NCBI GenBank assembly: GCA_002269645.1
Contig: NIVC01000561.1
Span: forward strand, 372,001 to 436,000
Length of the DNA: 64,000 nucleotides
Source: Macrostomum lignano
Lineage: Eukaryota
Reading direction: 5' to 3'
The notes under the pieces were generated by a model. That model ran no database searches. It worked only from the letters and a program-made list of their open reading frames with translations, and was not told where the DNA came from. Shown here one piece after another: positions 1 to 10,674 of the stretch (its first letter is position 1; each line of letters opens with the position of its first letter). The translations under genes were made by a program, and so were the position numbers.

Positions 1-211
1 CTGTCTAACACACAGGTGACACTCCTGTCTAACACACAGGTGACACTGCTGTCTAACACACAGGTGACACTGCTGTCTAACACACAGGTGACACTCCTGT
101 CACCTAACTGACAGGTGACACTCCTGTCTAACACACAGGTGACACTGCTGTTCAACACACAGGTGATACTGCTGTTCAACACACAGGTGACACTGCTGTC
201 TAACACACAGG
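1..211. repeat. Minisatellite, ~24-bp unit (ctgtctaacacacaggtgacact[c/g]), truncated by the window edge
   Basis: Tandem copies of the unit are directly visible from position 1 to ~211. Confidence 0.9.
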
Positions 212-1639
212 TGGTTGACACAGCCCAAAGTTGCTGTTTCATCGGGCTGAAAATTCGGTAACAGAAAAGTGCAGGAGAAGAGAATTCGAAAAAGAGATGT
301 GAATTATACAGCATTCGTACTGCTGCAGTCGGTGAAAGAGTCATAAATTCCTTATTCAGAAATTTCTAAACCCAATAAAAGTAATGAAAGAATCTGGAAC
401 CAGGTCTTGGTCCCGAATACTGGAAAATTATGTAAAAACAGATTGCTGGTGACCCCGATGCCTTCTACCGTCATGAATTGAATGAATGATTGCTTCAATG
501 TTTCCCCAAGACAGAAAATCCGTGTAGGTTTCCAGGCTACTTGAATTAGAGCCCTTGGGCTGGTACATGCATACGCAGGTCGAGTCCAGATCAGAACTCA
601 GTCTGACTACTGCCAGTAGCTTTAATGCAAAATTGCTTAAATACGACCGAAAGTCAGAGACTCGGCACCTGAGCGAAAGTCACAATTGTCGAACAGCCAA
701 GCAGACACTCCAAGAAGAGGATGTTAGACACTTAGGAGGGCCGCAGCCGTAGCCCAGTGGTCCATTGCGGTGCTCTGATGGGCCAGCGGCCCAGGCTCGA
801 TTCTAAATGCAGTCACATCAATCTTTGATCGTTCAATTTAGGCCCAACCCCCAAGGCGCAGTGAAGTGTACATGCCTAACGATAAATAAAGTTGGGGCCG
901 CTGTACACTCCTGTGTGAGTGAGTGCCTGTGCGTATGACTGCGTACGTATCCGCGCGCTTGTGTGCCTGCTCAGGGGAGTCGGCGGAATGGGCAGCAATG
1001 CCTCTCGCTGGTTGTGCGACAATGTCGCTTAAAGTGCGCCATAGGGTGCACACAGCCTCCTGCTTCTAAAACTTCTTTTGAAAGCAAATTCAAGGTCAAT
1101 ACCAAGACTGGTGCCTCTCAGACCCTAACTAAAATGCAGGCTTATGTCAAAAGACTGCAGTTAAGATGATGCTGCAGCTGCATCAGTGCAACTCCCAGAC
1201 TTCTGACGTAATGGTTTTTTGTTTCGTGCAAGTGATGTGAGCACCCACTGTCCCCGAATCTAGAACTCTGGTGAGCCCTTTAGTGTGATTATATTACTCA
1301 GTTTGAAAGCTTAGCTGACAGAAACAGATCATTCAATAATCCGGAAATTTATTTTTAAAAATTGTTTGACAAAAAACTGGCATCGAGGATTCTGCTGGCT
1401 GAGTCGAATTCTATAAATGACTCGATTAAAATATATTTTGGTTTTCAGTAGGTAAATAATTAGTAATTGATATTGGTAAACTGATAAAATCCTTGAAGCA
1501 GAATTAACGCTGGTAAAGATAAATTTGTTTAAATAGCAGAAAACTAAGATAAAATCCAAGATCTCTACTGTCCAAGAAAACAAATGTTGGATAGTCAAGT
1601 TTTACACGCATGGTTATGAAAACATCTCGAATCTTGAAA

Positions 1640-1895
1640 TTATTGATAGTTATGCAGAAAATCTGTTGGAGAGTCGCCACCGGAGGGGCATGCAGAAGCT
1701 GAGCAAAAGTAAAAGCTGGGGACATGCCAGTGCTTTGTTCCCCCACCCACCAATGGGGACCCGTTCTGGAATTCAATAATTTTGCTTAACTCTGCCAAAT
1801 TAAGTGCCCACAACACCGATTCACAAAATGATGCAGGAATTGAGTCATGCGGAATTCTTGGCTTGTCCCCCATCATAAAATCCACGGCGACGCCC
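1640..1895 (-). pseudogene. ORF fragment resembling the terminal exon of the ANK-cGLR genes (remnant or alternative tail exon)
   Basis: Translation FCESVLWALNLAELSK..SPLVGG aligns by eye with ILESLLRALVAAESLK..LPLVGG at 7970-8098 and with exon 4 of both full copies. An acceptor-like tttccag lies at 1896. Confidence 0.4.
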
Positions 1896-2135
1896 CTGGA
1901 AATTACAGAAGAAATGAATAGAAAATGTAAAATATACTGAAGGATGATAAATATGAATTGTCTGGTGTGAGAAGAAAACTTAAAAAATAATTAATAAAAA
2001 ACTCTGGTTGATTAAAAATGAGTTTATAGATCTGGGAGGGGCACGGGTCCAGCCTCTTTATGCTGAGACTTCCCATCCAGACAAAGTCATGTGAACTGAA
2101 ATGTCAGTCAGCAGCGATCCAAATCCATGGAGCAG

Positions 2136-5100
2136 TCAGCCCTCAGCATCCTCTTGCGGTCCGGGCAGCTGCCGCATCTCGCCAGCTTCATCCTCAGATC
2201 TCAGCCTCTCAGCTGCATCCAGCGCCATTGACAGCACCTCCATGCCTAGGCTTAATGCTCTCTCATCCTCAATCTGGAATGGTGGCAAAGGCACAACAGT
2301 GAAATTCACAAAAACTTTACTGACAATTCAATCACCATCTGCTGTTTCAAGGATTTACAACTGCTGCAACTTTACATGGCTACCTAAATTGAAATTGGAT
2401 AAAAAAATTGTTTAAATTAAATTCAGACGTACGAATTCATGGATTCGCTCGAGAAAAGGCTGTAGAGAAGATGGCAAGTCAGGGTCGCTCGGTACGGCAT
2501 CGATTTCTGACTGCAGGAACTGCTGCAGGGCCTGCGGATCCGCGGCTTCGGCTCTGAGGTTGCGGAGGTCTTCTGGTGTCTCATCATGCAGGATGCAATG
2601 CAGCACACCCGCCAAAGAGTTTACGATGAAGCTCCGAAACTCAGGAAAATTTTCAACCTGTAATTTCAGAATGTTTACGAAAGTCAGGGGAGAAACACTG
2701 AACAATTATTGAGGCAATCTTACCGAAATTAAAATAACATCAAGAAGTTGCGGAAACTGCTCAAACATTTCACTTATAGTTTCGAAAAGGCAAATTAAAC
2801 TCCCAACACGCATTTCCGATATTGTCATCCAAACTTTGCTGGACACAGCTGAAATCATTTCCAGATTGGGCTCAACATTCTGCGACTCAGTTAAAGCTGC
2901 CTCATCCTGAGCAGCCAGACTCGCCAGAAGTTTTCTAAAATCTACTTGGGGAATCAGCAACCGGCCAAGTTCAGGTGCAAAATTGTCTCGGATGATAATC
3001 CTGAATATCTTCTTGACGCGAGATGGCAGGAATCCAAAATCCAGATTCTCTTCGAACACAAAATCCGGGATCGTGGCGGAGTCTGTTGTCTCCTCCAGGT
3101 GCCGCCACACGAGCTCCTTCGCCTCGCCCACCGACAGCAGCTCGCTGCCTCCGCCAGGACTCTCCGGACACTCGATGCCGCTGCTCTCCTGGCCCGTCAG
3201 TCCTGCTGCAGCACCGGCCGCATCCAGCGGTGCTCCGACTTTGAGATGCGCCATCAACCTGAGGCTCTCTCTGGCTGATCTGGCGCAGTCTGGCAGCTCA
3301 CCGATCAGCTGCAGCAGCTCCGACAGGTGCTCGGACTCCGACTGACCCCGCCGGTCCGAGCCGAGTTTAAGCAGGTAATGCCTCACCAAGCCGTAGATTG
3401 AGCTGTAGTTTGAGTACTGCTGCGCGTAATTTAACAAACCGATATTCTCCAAAATCTGGAAAGGCTCGAACCGCACAGAGTTGCTCGCATTTTCTTTCAA
3501 CTGGCCTTGGAATCGATGCAGCCAGAGAGGAAGCTCTTCAATCACCCCATTGACCGCATCCACAATGTCTTTCTTCGGCTGCTGACCCTTCTTGAAGTAC
3601 ACGTCGGCATCTCGTAGGAAGAAGTGCTTCATGCACACTGCATCGGAGTCTGAGCTCTCCATCATCTCAACCAGCAGCTGCAGCGACTGCCGCACGAGTT
3701 GCAGCAAGTTGTCTGGCTTCCATTCTTCTTCCGGCGTCTCGTCGAGCATGTAGAACAGCAGGTTCTTGGCCATGTACGTCTTCAGACCGCTCACCTTCAT
3801 CTCGATGCTGATCACCTTCTTGATGAGGAACTTGACGAGGATGAAGAACTGGCCCTGCACGGTGGTGAGGCTGTGCATGACGGCTCTCTCCAGCAGGGTT
3901 GTGCTCACCCGCATGCAGCTGCCAGGCCGTTTGTGAGGAGGCGACGCAGCGACCGCGTGGCACTTTGGAGAGTCGCCGAGAGCCTCCTGGTTGAGCTGGT
4001 TCAGGATGCGCTGAGACATCTGGGACGGCTGGCCTCTGCGGTTTGTGTAGCCGGGCTGCAGCAGCTCAATGCGGGGGTAGCGGCAGCAGGGCACGGCAGG
4101 TATTAAATCGATATTCACTTTAGTCGAAGAAACCAATAAACACTCTGCCGGTGACTCTGGTGAGGATTTCATTGTTGCCATGTTGGGTCCTGTTGCTATG
4201 AGTGTGTAGAAATGTGTGTTTAGCCTCATAAATTCTGCCTAAGACAATACGAGTACGAGATTAATTGCGGCGTTCTGTGCTAGTCTCTATGGGTAGATAC
4301 CACACCACCCACCCTAACTACAGCAGGCTGTGCGAATGCCAAGACTTCACGCAGACAATTCTGCCAGTGTAGGGCCCGTGTGGCACTGCAAAGCGCACGA
4401 AACAAGCAGAGCTCTCAGCGACCATCTACTAACCATTGGGCTTATACACTTAAAAAGCTACTGGTTTATAACATCTCTATGCTCGTGATATACAAGCACT
4501 GAGCTAGCTACTCACAGCCATGCTCATAGTAGGCGTGTCCGTTCTCGCACTGCACTCGGATCGCATCTCCGCCGCAGCCACTGCAGGCGGTCCAGCCGGC
4601 AGAGCCGCAGTCCAGGCACAGAAGTCTATCGGACTCCATGAAGGTGACGTCAATGTCGGAGTCCGGACTGATCTCCCCGTTCAGAGTCTCCAGGCTGCTG
4701 CCCCATCCGTCTGCGAAGCTGCCGAACACGAAGATGTTCTTGTTGTCCATCAGGTCTCTCAGGATGTCCTGCAGCACGGCCGCAGCGCCGCTCTGAACTG
4801 CCGCGTTGGCCTGCTTGAACCCGGCGGCTCGCATGGCTTCGGACAGCCGCGAGCTGAACTGGCGCTGCTCCTCCGCTGACCGGACGGTCGGCGCTGCGAG
4901 CGACGCTGCGGCTGGGCGGGACGGCTCTGGGGCTGAGAAAATTGAGGAAATTAAACTGATAATCGCATCCGGTGGGATTTCTTCTCCGGCAGCAGCAAAT
5001 GCCTTTCTGACTGAGTCATTGCCTGGCAACGTAATAAGATACGAAAGCTTGAAAATCCACGGTCCTGTCTGATCCCAGCTGACACCAGCATCGATCAGAA

Positions 5101-6571
5101 GTTGCACCGCCTCTGTGAAACCAGCCCGGATAGCATCTTCAAACCAATTTATTCTGGTTTTTTCATTGATGTCGGCAGAAGCCTCAATCAGCATGCGAGC
5201 CATAGACAGCTGCCGATCCGAAATGGCCAGACTGACCAAATCCTTGTTGTTATTGCTGCTCATATCGACTGAAGCTCCAGCTCGAATCAGCTCGCTGACG
5301 ATCTCTTGGTTTTCTTTATTAACGGCCAGGGCCAGGGGAGTTCGGCCATTGCTGTTCAGGAGGTCGACCCTGGCTCCAGCTCTGAGCAGCATAGCAACCA
5401 GCTCTGCTCTTCTTTTATGAACTGCTATGTGCAGCGGCGTGTCGCCATCCAAGTCTTGAGCGTCGACATTCGCCCTGGCACCGATCAGCAGCTTTGCGAT
5501 CTCCTTACAACCACACCTGACTGCGAGATGAAGAGGCGTTAAACCGAGCCATAATGATGAATCCACATTGGCTCCGGCTCTGAGGAGAACTGCGGCTCCC
5601 TCAGTCGCACGGTCGCTTACCGCGGCAAGTTGAAGAGGAGTGCAGCCTTCGTCTGCAATTTCGAAATTCACACCTGCGCTAATGAGTTGGCTCATGACGT
5701 CAATGTTCCCAGATACTAAAGCCACATGCAGTGGAGTTGAACCATGAGGACAGTTCGGGTTTCGCCTGTCGGGATCTGCAGCGGCACTCAGCAATATTCG
5801 AACGATTTCGGCATTGTCCTGTCTTGCTGCAGCGCTCATCGCTGGCCCGCCTTTCCGGTCAACATGACTCCGCTGCGCTTTGATCAGACTCAGCAGCGCT
5901 TTTTCAAGCCGCAGAAATATACTCAGACGAAAAGCATCTGTCAGAGTACGCGGCAGTTTCAGAAGGGCCTCCAACTCGAGCTCCGAGGCGCAGCAGTTCG
6001 AGTCCGCTCCGGCGGCAGTCAGGGCGTCCACAGCTCCAGCCCGGCCGAGCATGACGCACAGATACAGCGGAGTCGGCAGCGGCCCGGCAGCTCCCGAGAC
6101 CGGCGGCGGCTCCTGACGGCTGTCGGTGGCGGCGCAGGTCGGTCCGGCCAGCAGCCGCGCGATGTCGTCGCCGGACTCAACGGTCGCGGCCAGGTGCATC
6201 GGCAGGGCGCCGCCCACCGTCCGGACGGCTGGACTCGCTCCGGCTCGCAGCAGCAGCCGCGTCAGTCGCTCGCTGCCACCGAGGACGGCCTCGTGCAGCG
6301 GCGTAGAGCCGTCAGCTGCGGCCAGGTCGACGTTCGCGGAGGCCTCCACGAGCAGCCGCGCGGCTTCTGCATTTCCTAGAAAGCTGGCGACGTGCAGGAA
6401 GGACCTGCCGTTAGAGTCCTGCTCGTCAGGACTGCCGCCACGGCTGAGCCACTCAGTGGGGAGGCCGCAGTCTCCCGAATCGAGCGACTCGAGTACCGAC
6501 TCGAACTGCGGCGGCTCAGGTGGGTCGAGAGGTCGCTCGGAGGGGGCCAAAGGCGGTTCCTGGGCCGTCAT
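2136..6571 (-). CDS. Ankyrin-repeat / cGAS-Mab-21-like nucleotidyltransferase (cGLR-like) protein, copy 1, ~1296 aa, 4 coding exons
   Basis: Exons 6571-4516, 4195-2724, 2657-2433 and 2273-2136 join in frame through GT-AG introns of phase 1, 0, 0 (donors gtgagt, gtaaga, gtacgt). Exon 1 has ~12 ankyrin repeats (e.g. GSTPLHEAV, GLTPLHLAV, GDTPLHIAV) followed by VFGSFADGWG..SDIDVTF. Exon 2 has VNIDLIPAV (third Asp), MRVSTTLLERAVM, KTYMAKNLLFYML..W and CMKHFFL, which match the Mab-21/cGAS C-lobe pattern. The start codon is uncertain: an acceptor-like site at ~6602 and a strong donor at ~7385 may indicate an extra 5' exon. Confidence 0.85.
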
Positions 6572-7969
6572 GACTTTCTGTGCTGCACTGTGCTCTGTTT
6601 CTAAGAAATGAAGTGTGAGGTGAAGCTTTAACAGTCCCCAACCTTTTGCTTTTTGGCCCCACTCGCACCGAGAGCAGAATTCGCTTGTGAGCACTCGTGC
6701 AGCAACTCTAACCGTATTCCTTCCTGCTCAGGACTCACCTGTGACCAGGGGGAGCGAGGGCTCTGCCGAACGCCCTGTGGTTTTGTGCAGACAGTTGAAA
6801 GAATGAAATTCAACAGCAAGGTGTTTTGTTGTGCGTCTTTCTGCCGGTCAGACAGACCTGGCTGTCTTGAAGCCAAATCGCACAAATATATGCAGTGCCA
6901 TCGCTTGTGCTGCAAGAGTGGCGCCGTGTTAAACACTGTAAACTGAAATTTTATGAGCAAATCAGTATTAATAAATTTAAAGCTTCTATAAACGGAATTC
7001 GTTAACTACATACGAGTACAGGTCCTTGCTATATTGCTGCTGCAGTCAGCTGTCTGTTTTCAATACCCAGTGCAGTGTTTATATTGAACACGAAACATTT
7101 ATTGCGCACCGACTGCAGGACGGCGTCTGCATAGCAACTAATTCACACCAAATATCGGTGTCAAGCTTTTAATGGGCATTTGGTTTTAACGGAGTCACAG
7201 AATTTCCAACTCTTGGATTCATTTCAAACACTTGAGAACCAGACCGCCCCAATCAGACCCAGTGGTTCATCAGGCTTTAGTGCATCATATGTTGGATTTA
7301 TGCAACTGTTACACAATGATTGATTCTGACAATCAAGTACCCTAAAAGCATCCTAAATGAGGTAAATCATACGCCTGTCACTCACCCATCATCAGAACCA
7401 TGAAAATTTGCGCCGTTGTTCATGAGATGGTGAGATTGCATTCGTACATTGCCGTCCCATGTGCAGTGTTTAAATTGCACTTTTCCCTGCCTACATGAGT
7501 AAGGCCTCAGCTTGTAGCGGCGCCTTGGAGGCAGACTCGCTTTTATGGCCTTCAACTGCATCTCACATAAAGAGCCGAGCTCTGCTAAAGACCTGCAAAG
7601 ATCATCCTTGAACTCATTCACCTTTGTTTTCCACAATTGTTGTCTTTTAATATTGATAATCAGTGATTTTTATATATATTTGATGGATTTATTTATTCAT
7701 TTATTCATTTACTTACTTATTTATTTATTTATTGATGAATTGATGAATTGTTTGTTTAATTGATTGATTGATTATTTGATTTTTTGATTGATTGATTGGA
7801 TTTGATCTATTCAACACAGCAAATTTTCGAGTGTAAGAAAGTATAGTTTTAGTATAAAAAAGCAATTAAAAAATTTCTGTTTTGGTACATCTCCATCTCA
7901 AGGTCGGAGCTGTTTATCGTCACTGACTGTCTCGCTAGAATCGAATCGAAAAGTAGTATCGGGACTCAT

Positions 7970-8306
7970 TCATCCCCCAACCAGAGGTAGTTGATCCCAG
8001 ACAAAATACTTTAAAACCTCAGATTTAAGACTCTCAGCTGCAACCAGAGCCCTGAGCAACGACTCCAAGATTGGGTTCAGGTCTCCTTCATCAGCAAGCT
8101 GGAATGGCTGCAGATGCTCAACACTGAAATTTCCTTTAACTTAGTGAAATTCAATCATTATAATCTATTTCAAGGACTTTAAACTGCTGCAGTTGTTATA
8201 ACACTAAATTGAATTGTCGCTATTTGAGAAATTATTTTCTTTAAATTCATTCAAATTTGAATCAACGAGTCAAGAAATTCGGGCAGGGCCAGCCTGTATG
8301 AAGAAC
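7970..8306 (-). pseudogene. Remnant of a third ANK-cGLR paralogue (end of exon 3, intron 3, exon 4)
   Basis: 8098-7970 reads LADEGDLNPILESLLRALVAAESLKSE..QLPLVGG*, homologous to copy 1 exon 4 and behind the same ccattccag acceptor. 8100-8250 aligns with copy 1 intron 3 (tcaatttag..tgcagcagtt..tccttgaaa..tgattgaatt). The exon 3 equivalent appears to carry a stop (NFLTR*), lacks the donor and is cut by a minisatellite. Confidence 0.65.
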
Positions 8307-8712
8307 CGCCAAGAGACAGGGGCGCCCACCAAGAGACAGGGGGGCCCACCAAGAGTCAGGGGCGCCCACCAAGAAACAGGGGCGCCCACCAAGAGTCAGG
8401 GGCGCCCACCAAGAGACAGGGGCGCCCACCAAGAGACAGGGGCGCCCACCAAGATACAGGGGCGCCCACCAAGAGACAGGGGCGCCCACCAAGAGACAGG
8501 GGCGCCCACCAAGAAACAGGGGCGCCCACCAAGAGTCAGGGGCGCCCACCAAGAGACAGGGGCGCCCACCAAGAGACAGGGGCGCCCACCAAGAGACAGG
8601 GGCGCCCACCAAGAGACAGGGGCGCCCACCAAGAAACAGGGGCGCCTACCAAGAGACAGGGGGCGCCCACCAAGAGTCAGGGCGCCCACCAAGAGACAGG
8701 GGCTTTCACCAA
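8307..8712. repeat. GC-rich minisatellite, 20-bp unit (ggggcgcccaccaagagaca), ~20 copies
   Basis: Direct tandem copies; they explain the repeat-derived ORFs 8214..8753 and 8262..8612. Confidence 0.95.
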
Positions 8713-9990
8713 GAATTGCAAACTGCGATATGTCGGAAGCAGCTGTCCAGTGAGTTCTGGGCTGCCACGCCTCACTCTGATGGGTGTGCGATCGCCCCAT
8801 CTGACCAATGCACACGCAATCAACGGTTCATTATTTTACCTTTGAACTGACAGTGAGGAATGAGTGTTTGAAAACAATTAAGTGCACAACAAAATTTGTT
8901 TTTTTCGTAGTGTATTCTTTAGCTACGAGGTTAAATTTAGGTTTTATTTGGCTAAAAAGTATTGTCAAATTTCCAGCGTCCAAATTCACAGATTCCGGTG
9001 TGACGAATATTTTGGTCTGACGTAAGAGGTCGCGTCCTGACGGGCTGCTTAGCGAGTTAGCAAATTAGCGAGGGAACACGGAGAACCTTGATTGTGATCG
9101 ATTACGAACAGGTAGATTATTTAATTATTTGTATTTTTCTCAAACTTGAATGGTAGTGGTATAATAATCACATGCAATTTATTGAGCAGGCAAAAAACGA
9201 ATCAGGTTTGGGTAGATCTGGCGGGTAGAGTTCTTTAACAATAGTCACTGTAATGAACTTGCCAGCGGTATCCTCCAAAGCCACAGAAATTCAAAATGTT
9301 AAATATAACTATTATAATTCAGTAAAACAAAGTATTGTTTGCCAATTGTCAATAATCATAGGAATACAACCAATTGATAGAGATAAAATACACATTTTAA
9401 TTATTTTAGTGAATATACGTGTAAAAAGAAGAATTGGATAGGTAAAGGAACCGTAGGTGTTTAAATTAATCTCAACAATGACAAAAACTATTGATAAAAA
9501 CCGACACTAATTCAGTTATGTATGCTCTGCAACATTGAAAAGTCGCCACTCTATGCGGCAGTGAGCAATTTCTCTTGGACTGTTCTGAAGTAAAAGATAC
9601 GAAAAAACTGATCGGGGTGGCTTTAATTCAGACTACTGTGCAAGTATTTCACGCAAAACTTACACATTTTCCACAAATGAGCTTATTTAATCAATATCTG
9701 ACACTTATAACACAATGAAACGGACAGTGTACTAGAGCTAGTATGCTATATATACTACTTGGAAACAGTCCGAAGTGCCACCTTGCCTGCAAGTAGATAT
9801 TTTTCGCTCTTCTCACTGCGAATGACGCAACTTTTGGAACTCTGAAGTTGTATTGTCACTGGTAGGGCCGGGTCACGTGTCTGCTAAGGTGTATGTAGAT
9901 TAAGAGGACAAATCTTCAATCCATTTAAAACTCATGACGAACGCTAAACGAGGGCGTGCTGTTGAACTGCTAGAATTCAGTGTGGGTGAA

Positions 9991-10266
9991 TCAGTGAAAC
10001 TGCTTCAAGATTTCTTGTATCGCAAGCAACAATTCGAACGCTGCTGACACAAAGTCCCGCAAGACTGGTGGCTCTGAAAGGTAGTCAGTGCCTTCATCTG
10101 CGTGGGTCAGCAGCCAGAGCTGATTGTTTTCTGCTGCGAGTTGCAAGGAGCAACCACCTTTATGGGTAACTTGTGGATTGAAGGTTGAATGAGGAGTTCT
10201 CTTTGACAAGCAGCGTAGGTAAGATATGCGCAGGCTGGCACTTTGACAGTTGCTGAGTAAATACAA
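9991..10266 (-). pseudogene. Possible degenerate fragment of the 3' end of ANK-cGLR exon 2
   Basis: Weak similarity by eye: PQV..LAAE and IQEILKQF versus copy 1 PQV..LAAQ and ISEMFEQF. Confidence 0.3.
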
Positions 10267-10674
10267 ATTACAGCATACAAGATATAGTCCACTGCCCGTC
10301 CCATTGAGTAGGGAGAGACTGCAGGAAGTACATTACAGCAGTAAACTGTGATTTCGTAATTGTACATTGGAAAGATTAAAATTTAATTATTCAGAAATCG
10401 ATCGCATATGGATATATGAACATACAAAGAAACCATTTTTAGTATATGGATCTCTGAGAATCAGTAAAATTTCAGTGAGTCGTAGGGTGAGAACAAGATG
10501 CAGGTATGAGAGCATAGCAAGGTGATGCCTCACACAGCAATCAGTGAGGCACCTCAGCTCCAAGAGTAACAAAACAATTCCGCATACCGCAGTGGTCAAA
10601 CTCAGATGACAGTCTGATAGAGCAAAAATTCATCTTGCCGCTGCGAGTTGACAGGCTAAAGAGAAAAATGAAAG

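Noticed and set aside
555-1600. Short ORFs at the window start
   Set aside because: No motifs, no consistent splice-site framing and no coding-like composition.
2946-6611. Plus-strand ORFs overlapping the ANK-cGLR exons (and 13635-15445)
   Set aside because: These are antisense shadows of GC-rich coding sequence with no recognisable motifs.
7382-7636. Minus-strand ORF with a strong donor at ~7385, as a separate gene or a cGLR 5' exon
   Set aside because: Several acceptor and frame combinations are possible and similarity to exon 3 is only marginal, so I cannot choose between them without transcripts.
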